The position numbers and the translations under genes are program-made. This document shows, in pieces, positions 36,337 through 48,300 of a DNA stretch of 60,505 nucleotides (its first letter is position 1; the number at the start of each line of letters is the position of its first letter). The notes under the pieces are model-generated. The model was given only the letters and a program-made list of their open reading frames with translations, was not told the DNA's origin and did not search any database. This DNA is from Patescibacteria group bacterium (GTDB lineage: Bacteria > Patescibacteriota > Microgenomatia > Levybacterales > UBA12049): contig DATICB010000017.1 of the NCBI GenBank assembly GCA_035457005.1, forward strand, positions 1-60,505. The letters are read 5' to 3'.

Positions 36337-39300
36337 TTAGTTGACGATTAACCAATTAAATGTTGTGTTGGTTGTCTGCTGAAGAGGAATACCAACAGTA
36401 AAGGATGTTTTATCAACTTGGCGAATTAAGTATGGTGTTATTGTGCTTTGCCCAACAGGCGTGATGTAAATAAGTGATTTGCTCGTTACTAGTTTGTTGT
36501 CGATTGTTATTTCTGTTTGGTGTGCTTTCACATCTGCGGTGCCTGCCGATCCTGTTGCAACAAGTTCGGTATTGCTCACAGCCAGAGCTGGCTCTGCTAC
36601 TTGCAGATTCAATTTGCCAATCGTTGCCGCGCCAGACGCAATGACATTACCAAGCTGGTCAATCGTAAAGATGCCAGAGCCAGACGCATTTTGAACAGAA
36701 AGATTGGATGTTGCTAATGCTGCACCTGTTGCCGTTGGATTGTTGCCTAATTTTACCGTAAGGTTACGGTCATTGCTGATTGGCGAGATAATATTTGCAG
36801 CCAAGGTTTTACTAAAGACTGCATTGCCATTGACTGTGAGGTTGCCATCAGTGTCGATTGCCAAAAGCCCTCCTTCAAAATTCACGCCTCCTTGTCGAAG
36901 TGGCTGAATATCAAATGTTGCGCCCAAGACGTTGACTCCATTGTCGGCAAGAATTAACTGACTGCCAATTGCGAGCTGTCCAGTAATAGTAGTATCAGAA
37001 AGAGTGGTAGTACCAAGACTCATAAGACCTTGTTCAAACATACCAGTTGTTGCGTCTAAATTCGGGACATATGCCAAGAACCCAGAATATGAGGCTAAAT
37101 TAGTGTAGCCAAGGTATGGATTTAGCAGTCCAGAATTGGTACTGCTACTACCACCAAGTCCTGTAGCAATATTTTCACCAGTTGGTGCTCCACTTGGTGT
37201 AGCAAAGTATATATTGGTCACATTGGTAATATTTTGAGCAGAAAGTGTACTCACCACTGCTTGCAGTCCTGCAATGGTATTAGCCTCAATTCTGTTGGCG
37301 TGGAGGGTCCCGGATACGGTAGCATCGCCATTTACTGCGAGATTTTGCGAGGTAAGAGTGCCAGAAAATGTTGCATTACCAATATTGTCAATTGTAGCCA
37401 CGGCAGATCCACTTGCGCCATTTCTTACTTCTATCCTAGAGTTTCCTAGGCTCAAAGCAATGCTATTATCTTGCCCAAGAGGCGAGACAATGCCGGTGTG
37501 AAGCTGATCAATAGATGCAATAGGCGAGTTAACAGTTCCATTATTGAATTGGCTCAAGCTTCCATTGCTGATTGCTGTCTGGACAACGCCAATAATGTAA
37601 TCGGACAGACTTTGTCCAGCGATAGTGACATTGGCAGTGGCAATAGACAGGGAATTGGTGATAGTCTGTTGTGCTTGCAAGGATCCAACTCTCAAGTTTC
37701 CAATCACTGCTTCAGACAATGCGGCAATTTGATGAATTGGATTTCCGAATATGTCAGAAAGCATGTAATAGTGGGGAATAGTAAAGTCAGCGGAGACTGT
37801 TGCATTTTGATTCATGATAATATCTCCGGTACCGCTGAGGTCCAGATTAGTAAGTTTGCCAGAAAGCATTGCAAGCTGGCTATTTGCAGACGTTGTGGCA
37901 ACATCAACTTTGGTATTTAAATCCTGAACTGCCTTGACAATAAGTGGAGTAATTCTTCCATAATCAACACCCCATGGATCTTGTGGATTCACATCTCCAT
38001 ATCTGTCGTCTGGGTTTGTCGGCACGCTGACTGCGTTGGGAAAGACATTATACAGCCATTGAGCAATAAACCCCGTCTGCAGAGGGCCTGTTGGCTCAGT
38101 TTTGTAATGGAAGTTGACAACAGGAATCTGTAAGAGCTGATCTAGTCCCATATTGGTTGGAGCAATATCTGTCTTAAGACGGATATCAGAGGTATTGGTA
38201 TAGGTGACACCTCCACCGTTTCCCTGAACAGTACCCAAGGATGTGCCGTCTCCATCAAGGTATTGTAAAAAAAAGGCAGTATCACTGGTATTTGCTCCTG
38301 CTTGAATTCTAATCCCATCACCCGAATTAGAAACGGCATCATTATGGACAACAAGCGCAAAGTTACCGCCAGTGATACCACTGGTAACAGTCATCTGCCC
38401 GGTTGCTCCCCAAATAACGTCATAATTGCCATAGGTACGATCATACAAACCCAGTTGTCCAGACGTTCCAGCGGCGTCATTGTACCATTCATACTGATGT
38501 CCTCCCCCTGGAGTTCCATCCATAATAATTATGCCTCCTGCACTGCTATGTCCTACACGAATATTTCCTGAATTAACATCAAGGGTCGCGTTTGGGGTTG
38601 TTGTCCCAATGCCTACATTGCCACCACCTGGGTTAAGAGAAATGTTGCCAGTAGTACCTAATGTTGCATTAGGAAAGGCTTCTATAACTAGTGGACCATT
38701 ATTATTTGCAAATATAGCCCCAAGAGAGGTACCGGCCCTTTTCCATGTCGTTAGAAATACACCGTCATTTACCGTGTCTATATTTAGCGCACTTAGGGAG
38801 TTATTTGCTGCTTGGTTACTCACAATATCAAGTGTTGATGTTGGATTGGCTGTTCCGATTCCAACTCTCCCAAAGGTGTTATTCACATAGAGTGTTGGGT
38901 CTACCTGGGATGGGTCTTGCTCGGTATCAACAGACACCACTGGCTCTGGGTTGGTGAATGAGCGGACATATATGGTATTAGCAGAATTGGTGGTTGCATA
39001 GCCATTGTGGGGAGTACCAGTTGGGTTTGCCAAATCGGTTACTTCTGCTGCGCTGAGTGCTGCATCATAAAAGTGTACTTCATCAATATATCCTCTAAAA
39101 AAGTGGGCATTTGATCCTGCAGATTGTCCAATCTTAAGAGATTGGGAGGAAGAAGAACCTATTGTGGAAGAGCCTCCCGTACAGGTAGAGACTTGCACGC
39201 CGTTTACATAGGCGATTGCAGATGTTCCGGATTTAGTCACGGTGACATGCTGCCACACGTCGGGTGTAAGGATAATGCCCCCATTTGACCATTTATCTGT

Positions 39301-42300
39301 TCCTGCTCCGATTGTGTTACATCGATAGGAAGCTCCATCACTCCAGCCAAAGAAATAGGTATTACCTGTTCCAGTTGATTCTAGCATATACCCACCACTT
39401 GTATTGATATTATGTTTACTAAAAATATCTGCGCTGGTAGGCTGTACTGCTCCTGGCTTGACCCATAAATCAGCTGACATGGCATTACTAAAATTAATAC
39501 TGCTGCTATTGGCAATACTGATACTGTCCCCAACCCCATCAAAATAGACACCATTGTTAAACATGCCATTAGCAATAATTCCGTTGGAAAGTGTCCCTGT
39601 ATTGCCATTACCCGATGTATCACTTTCTGTTGTGCCGGAGGTAATATCCATGCTGTATGCCGCCTGAAGCCCACTAATGGAGCGAACAAATGTATTCGCG
39701 GCAGATGAAACACTGGTGGACAGAGACAAATTGCCATAGTAGATATAGATATTTTTCTTTTCTCCTGGTGGGAGCTGGGGGACTTTTACCCAGAAAATAG
39801 TTGATGACGTATTGCAGGTACCAGGCTCCATCCAGTAATTAAGATTGGTTGTACCATCAGAATCAGTAAAGCGCACGCCAGTACAATCATTTCTCATCTT
39901 GCCAACAGAGATAGGAGCCGTTGTATTGATTGATACTTTCACTTGGTAGTCTGCATTAGCAGAACTAGATGCTGACTGGGTATTATCTACGGTAATGCGA
40001 GCACGATATGATTCACCATAACTTGATGCTATCCAGGAAGTTGGATCATAGAGCCCTGACTTAATATCTCCAGCAACAGTGAGCAGGGCAGAAGTAGAGG
40101 CAACAGATGTTGTCCCAAGCGCTACATTGCCAGTTGTCTGTTGCACATAAAAGCTGGGGAGCATTTGGGTCACAGTATTTTGCTCTTGGCCTAATGATGC
40201 AATAGTTGGCTCTGTTGATACATATGCTCGTGCTTCTTCTGTATTGGCATTACTTGCAATAGTATAGCCATAATTTTGACCCCCATTGGAATACAAATCA
40301 GTAATCTGAGATGAAGATAAGGCGATATTATAGACACGGGGCTCATCTAGGGTGCCGGTAAAGAAACCTGCGCGTGCACCTGCGTTGTAGGGGGGTGCTG
40401 CGCCAATATCCAAGACGCCTGTTGGCGCACTGCCAACAGTGATCGTTGCCGGTGTACCTGTTGAGGCACCATCAACATAGAGCGTCATGGTTGTTCCGGA
40501 AATGGTCATGACAGCGTAGTGCCAATTACCATCAGCATAGGTTGTGGCAGTACTATCAACTATATAGTCTGTTGGGTTATTAAAGTACTCTGCTTCTACT
40601 TTTCCACTTGTTAGGAAGTTAAGACCAAAAAGGGTGCGAGTCCCAATTTGGGTATCTTTTCTAATAAGAGTTTCCTTAGAGCTTGGGTTAGATGATTTCT
40701 TAAACCAAATAGCAACTGATAATGGTTGGGTGATACGCAGGTTGCTACTGTCATTGATTTCTACATAGTCGCTATTGCCATCAAATGTTCGAGCATTACC
40801 AAAAATACCGGTTGCAACAGTTGTACCCGATTCAGAAGCGACGTTATTGCCATTCCCTGAGAAATCATTCATTGGCATGTAGGTTGGCTCATCAAATCTC
40901 CAGGCACCCTGTACTCCAGAAATTTCCCGGACAAACGTACTTGTGGAAGAGGATGCTGCACTTGCGCCCGCGTTGCCATAGTACATATACATCATTTTGT
41001 TGGGACCTGGAATAAGGGGTACCTTTACCCAGAACGTCGTTGCAGTGGTATTGCAGGAATTGGGCTCAATCCAGTAATTAAGGTTAGTCGACCCATCTGA
41101 GTCGGTAAATCGTACATCATTACAACTTGAAAGCACCTTTCCAGAAGAAACAAGACCTGTGGTATCCATAACAACTCGCACCTGGTAATTGATAAGCTGC
41201 TGCCCATAGGTATTGTTGATTGAAATTTGTCTTCTGTAGCTATAGCCATCCACACCCCAATTTGTGGCATCTTTGCCAACACGTAAATCTCCATAGACAT
41301 CAAGCTTGTATTGAGCAGAGGTGGTGCCGATACCAGCAGAGCCATTAATATCCATGGCCTGTCCGGATGCTGCAGGATCGATAAAGTAATTGGTGTTATC
41401 CAAATCCTGGAAAGACCTTGCACGCAAGATACCCGAGTTGGTGAGTTGAAGCTCAGTTGCTCCGGAGGCAGAAGCAGTGAGGATATCTGCTACATTGTTC
41501 TGTTGATTGACTATGAGTGCAGAATTCCCTAAGCCGTCTTTCTCAATATCCAAAGGCCCAAGGGGGGAAGTAGTGCCAATGCCAACATTGCCATTACTGA
41601 AGTAATGAGGGCCAGATCCTGTGACATGCAATCCGGTTGCGCTTATGGTAAATGCGGAAGCATCTCCTGTTGCGAAATAATTATTATTAATGCCAAATTT
41701 AATTTGTCCTCCCGATGGGGCGTTCAAAAAGGTATAGGTTCCGTCACCGAGTAAAGAGTAATTATTACACGTGAGATTATTTGTCCCAAAAGAGATACCA
41801 CTATATCCGCCCCCACAATTTGGAGATCCAATATAGGTATATGAGCTAGATTCTCCAAGGACTTGTAACTGTTCTTGAGGACTGTTTGTTCCAATGCCAA
41901 TATTCCCGGAACTTGCTATATATAGTGCAGGATTTCCTTCACCGCTATTGCCACCAACAGAATTATAAAACCCAAGGGTTGCATTGTTGAGTAAGTCAAC
42001 TTTTGTATTTGCCGCTGTGAAGGAAAGGTTGCCGGAAGTGGTTGCTGTCCCTGCATAGGTTCCAGAACCAAAAATCTGGAATTTTGCAGAGCTTGTGGCT
42101 AAACCGCCAACTGCCAAATCATTCGTAAGATTGGCAGGAGCTAAAACTCCAAGGCTGCTCAACTGCCAGAACCCCGCGATACCGCCACTGCTTGGAGTAA
42201 CAATTTGTCTCACATAGAGCGTATCCCATTCTTGTCCTCCTGCTGTCGGATCAGATCCCAAATTGTACGTATCGTTTGTTTTTGGAATAAGACTTGATGC

Positions 42301-45300
42301 AAAAAATCCAGTTGCGGTAATGTCATCGCTAGTTGCATCGCCAAGATTTACTTTTCCATTCAAAGTTGTTGTTCCTGTCACTGTCAGTGCATTATTCACT
42401 GTTGTCGTGCCGCTTGTTCCGCCTATGTTTACATTTGTTGTCAAGGCATTATTAGCGAGATTAAGTGTTGTTGCAGCAGACCCAAAGTTAATGGTTGTTG
42501 CTGTGGTATTGAGAAGATTGACACTTGTCTGATTGGTTGCAATGGTTGCTGCATTTAAATTGATAGTTGATCCTGTGCCACCGTTGAGCGCAGTAAGTGT
42601 AATATTTCCTGTTTGACTGTCACCGATGGTAAGCCCTTGATTATTTCGTGTTGCGATAACATTTGCCGTATCGCCGTTGAACGTCAGTGTTCCGGTTGTT
42701 GTCGCATTGCCAGTATTGGCAAACACCTGGAATTTAGCAGATGCTGTACCAGTGCCACCAATTGCCAAATCATTCCAGTTATTCGTTGGATACAAGACAT
42801 TACTTGCTAAGGTCCAGTAGCCACCAACACCGCCTGTTGCAGGAAGATAGACATTACTTGCTGTGACTGCGCCAGTCAGGTAAAGATTTTTCCAAGACAG
42901 CGCAACTGAGCCAAGGTCATCTGTATTGGTTATGCTTGGTATGATATCGGTGCTGACACGGCCAGTAAAACCAATCGTATTGCCTGTACCGCTTCCCAAG
43001 ACGACATTGCCCCTAATGGTATTTGTTCCTGCTGCATTACCAATACCAATGCCGCCTGTTGCACCAGATCCGATATTGATATTAGTTGCGTTAGAATCAA
43101 AAAGACTTGCTGTACCGGCAGTTGTTGTGATATTGCCACCATTCACAGCAACATTTCCTGAGGTAGTAAAATTGCCTGTTTGGGTTATGTCGCCGTTGTT
43201 AGCAATAGAGAGTACAGTTCCAAGACCAGAATCTCCTCCAACAGATGTTTTGACATTTAAGACGCTGCCGTTGAGTAATGCAACCTGCGTTGTGGTTCCT
43301 CTGAAAGAAAGTCCCGCAGAAGAGGTTGCCGTTCCTGCGGTGTTGACGCCAAGTGTTGTTGCAAATACTTGCCATGGTGTTGCAGACCCTGTTGCATTGC
43401 CACCAACTGCCAAATCATTCCATGCATTCACAGGAGACAATACATTGTTAGTCAGCTGCCAGAATCCTGAGACGCCTCCTGAAACAGGGGAGATGAAAGT
43501 GTTTGCATAGACTGTGCCATAGTAGTGAGTTGCAGAGCCAAGATTGATTGATCCATTGCCTGTTGGAACAAGATCGGTTGCCAAAGACCCAGTGGTTGTA
43601 ATCGTGTTGGTTGAGCTTGTTCCCAAAGTGACATCACCTTTCAAATTAATTGGTGTATTCGATGCGCCAATATTCAATGCTGTGGTTGCACCTGCGCCAA
43701 AGTTAATTGTTGTTGCTGTGCTGTTTAATAAATTAAAAGTGGTCTGATTGGTTGAGAATGTGCCGCCATTGTCTGCGATATTGCCTGTGGTAGTGAGTGC
43801 ATTGTTGACAGTTGTTGTTCCAGAGCTATTGCCAATATTTAAGCTCGTTGCTGTTGGGAAGGCAGTAAAGGATGTTCCACTGCTGTCGAGCGTTGTTCCA
43901 TTTATTGTGACTATGCCGTTGCCATTTTGTGGTTTTAAGGTAATATTGCCTGTTGTGTCGCCACCAATGGTAAGGCCTGCGTTTCGTGCTGTTTGGAGTG
44001 AGCCTGTGGCTGTTAGGTAGGTGGCATTGCCATTTAACCCGGAGCTTACCGATGCAACTGGTGTTCCGGATCCTGTCATATTGAGTACTGCAAATTTTGC
44101 AGAAGTAGTTGCCGAGCCACCAATGAAGAAATCAAACGTTTCATTGATTGGGTAGAGCGCGCCATTTGTCATAGTCCACCAATTACTTGCTGCAGAAGAG
44201 CAATCACTCCAGCTTGGTGCAGATGATGCATTAGAAATAAGACATTGGCCACCTGACCCAACAGATGTGAATGCGTATCGTGTTCCATTTGAGTAGGCGA
44301 CACTTCCCGCAGAGCCTAATGTTGTTGCATTGGTGCCGCCATTAGCAATTGGCAAGATAGAACTACCAACATCTGCTGTTAAATCAATTGCGTTAAATGT
44401 TGGTGCGCCTGCACCGTTGCCGCGAAGGAAAGTATGTGCTGCGCCTTGTGCTGTTTCGGCAACAGTGCCATTGGTATCAGATAAGTACAAAATACCATCT
44501 GCTGTGGTATATTTCTTAGCGATAAGTGTGCCATCATTTTGAATGGTAAATTTGGTGACACCTGACGCCGATGCAGTAAAGATGTCGCCGTTGGGTCCTT
44601 GCTTATTGACGACCAGTGCCGAATTTCCGCCTGCGTTTGGCTGCACAGTAATATTCCCTAAACCGCTATTTTGTCCAAGAATAATATTACCTGTTCCAGA
44701 AGACAAAAGCGTCAGGTCTGCATTGCTGGTAGTCTGAATTGTTGAGGAAGAACCGTTGCCAAGCGTTACGGTCGTGCCGTTCACTGTGAAATTTCCTCCG
44801 GTTGTTGTTAGTCCTGTTCCCGTTGTAAAGCTTGATGCACCGGCAAAGGTAACGCTGCTTCCTGAGATTCCATTCAGCGGACTCAGCGTTATATTTCCTG
44901 TGGTTGTTCCACCAATGGTTAATCCCTGGTTTCTTGTGGTCTGAATAAGACTGCCTGTACCATCAAACGTCAGTGTTCCTGCTGTTGTTGCATTGCCAGT
45001 ATTTCCAAACACCTGGAATTTAGCACTACTTGTTGCTGTCCCGCCAATTGCCAGATCATCAGCAATATTACTTGGAGAGATTATTCCTGAATTCCTCTGC
45101 CAGAAACCGTCATACTGTGCTGTTGCACTTAAAATAAGCCCATTTGCGTAGACATTTCTCCAGGCGAGCGCATTCGAACCAAGATCATATAGATTATTTG
45201 CATCAGGACCGACACTGCCTGCAAGTTGCAGTCTAAATGATCCTGGATTAGTTGTGCCAATGCCAACATTATTGCCGTTAAGAATAATGTTGCCGGTTTG

Positions 45301-48300
45301 ATTATCACCAAGAGTCAGCCCTTGATTATTCCTTGCAGCAATAAGGTTGGTTGCTGCAGTACCGCTGGTAAACGTCAGTGTTCCTGCTGTTGTTGCATTA
45401 CCAGAATTGGCGAAAATTTGAAATTTAGCGCTACCGGTTGCTGTGCCACCAATTGCGACATCGTCGGTTATATTGAGCGGTGCCAAAACACCTAAATTTC
45501 TCTGCCATGTTTGTGTAATTGGCTGTCCATTCTGGTAAATATTATTCGCATAAATATTATTCCACTGAAGAGCTGCCGAGCCTAAGTCATAGGTATTGGT
45601 TGTGTAGGGGAGAATATTGGACGAAACATTGCTGTTAAAACTAATATTGCCTGTAGTGTTGCCGCCCAATGTAAGCGTTTCATTTCTCACTGTCTGAATC
45701 GTTCCGTCTGCTGCAAAATACATGCCAGTGCCATTCAATCCTGATGATACCGATGCAGTTGGTGTGCCATTAGCGATATTGAGTACTGCAAATTTAGCAG
45801 ATGTTGTACTGGTTGCTCCTACTAATACATCGTTTGTTATATTTGTTGGAGATAATGCGCCATTGTTTAACTGCCAGAATCCAAGATACTGTGAAGAAGC
45901 CGAGCCAAAGAGATTGGTAATATAGGCACTACCATAGTAATTGGCTGGAGATCCTAAATTAATACTTGTTGATTGGGGAATAAGACTTCCTGAGAAAACG
46001 CCAACTGGGTTAATGGTATTGGCGCTCGTTGCTCCCAAAACTGCATTGTTGTTGGCAGTGAAAACACCTGTTGCTGTGAGTGCGTTATTCACTGTTGTCG
46101 TGCCGCTTGTTCCGCCTATGTTTACATTTGTTGTCAAGGCATTATTAGCGAGATTGAGTGTTGTTGCTGCACTGCCAAAGTTAATTGTTGTTGCTGTGGT
46201 ATTGAGTAAATTGACACTTGTCTGATTGGTTGCCAGTGTTGCTGCATTTAAATTGATAGTTGATCCTGTGCCACCGTTTAAGGGTTGGAGCGTTATATTT
46301 CCGGTCGTATTTCCACCAATGGTGAGTCCTTGATTTCTCACTGTCTGAATTGTTCCGTCTGCTGCAAAATACATGCCAGTTCCGCTTAATCCTGAAGAAA
46401 CAGATGCTGTTGGATTTCCAGAGCCAGTCATGTTGAGGACAGCAAATTTAGCAGTTGTTGTTGCGGTGCCGCCAGCTAAGATGTCGTCAGTAATATTAGC
46501 AGGGGAGAGTGTGCCAAGATTTCTTTGCCAGAATCCTGCAGTATTGCCGGATGTAATAATGTTTTTGACATACAAATTATTCCACTCCAAACTTGCAGAG
46601 CCTAAATTATAAGTGTCAGCATCTGCGGGAATAAGATCGGAGTTGATAAATCCACTGACCGTGAGCGATCCTGTCCCATTGTTTGGTTTTAAGATAATAC
46701 CACCTGTCGTGTCTCCACCAAGAGTAAGTGGTTGGTTGCTCGTTGTTTGGATTTGAGACCCTGTTCCGGTAAACGTCAGTGTTCCGGCAGTTGTTGCATT
46801 GCCAGTATTCCCAAAGACTTGGAATTTAGCACTATTGGTAGACGTTCCGCCAATTGCAAAATCATTTGTTATATTTGTTGGGCTTAAGACGCCGCTGTTT
46901 AATTGCCAGAATCCATCATACTGTGCATTCGGACCTAAAAGAAGACCATTTGCATAGATATTTCTCCAGCGAAGTGGTGTTGTTCCATCTCCCAAATCAA
47001 AAGTATTATCAGTTGTTGGGACAAGACTGCTACCAAATCTTCCTGTTGTGACAATAGTATCAGCCGTTGCATTACCCAAATTAACATCTCCATTAAGATT
47101 TGTTGTATTATTTGCTGTGAAAATACCTGTTGCTGTGAGTGCGCTATTCACTGTTGTTGTGCCACCAGTCACGCCAAATCCTAATGTTGTCGCATTGGCG
47201 GTAAATGCATTAAATGTTGATGCAGTTGTTTGAAGAGCAGAACCATTCACAGTAACTGTTCCATTACCACTGTTTGGACTTAAAGTAATACCACCTGTCG
47301 TGTCTCCACCAAGAGTAAGTGGTTGGTTACTCGTTGTTTGGATTTGAGACCCTGTTCCGGTAAAGGTTAAATTGCCAGCAGTTGTTGCGTTACCAGAATT
47401 GGCGAAGACCTGGAATTTCGCAGTTGCTGTTGCTGTCCCGCCAATTGCTAAATCGTCTGCAATATTCGCAGGGGAGACAACGCCGAGATTCCTCTGCCAG
47501 AATCCAACCGTGGTTCCTGTTGAGATAACATTTTTTACATAGATGTTGTTCCACTCCAAACTTGCAGAGCCAAGATCATACGTATCTGTTGTTCGTGGGC
47601 CAACATTGCCTGCCACTTCGAGAGCAAAATCGCTCGTTGTTGTTGTGCCAATGCCAACATTTCCTGTTGAATCAACATAGAGTCCTGTTGTTCCTTTCGG
47701 TGATAATTGAACTGATCCTGTTGTTGCAGAGCCTATGGTGAGCGGGCGATTGTTGGTGGTTGCAATGACGCCATTACTATTCAGTGTTATATTCCCAGAA
47801 ATGGATGCAGTTGGTGTGCCAGACCCTGGAGCATTATTTAAGAACGAAAAATTAGCAGAAGAACTACTCGTACCGCCAAACAAAACATCTAATGTTGTAT
47901 TAACAGGATAGAGAATTCCATTCCCACTATCCAATGTCCAATAATTTGTTGCACCGGCAGCGGTTGAACAACTTGTCCAGCTTGGCGCACCAGATCCTGC
48001 AGAGACAAGACATTGATTTGTCGAGCCTACCGCCGTGAATGCATAATTGGTGCCGTTGGAATAGGCAACACTTCCGGCTAACCCAATGGTGTTGGTGTTC
48101 GTACCGCCATTGGCAATTGGCAAGATGCCAGTAACTTCTGAAGCTAGGTTGACACTGCTTGATGATAAAACGCCTCCTGTTGCGTGGACAACGCCTGTCC
48201 CAAGGCCACCAATAGTGACTGTTCCTGCTCCATTGAGTGGGTTCAATGTGATGTTTCCTGTTGTAGTTCCGCCAATTGTCAGTCCTTGATTTTTCGTTGT

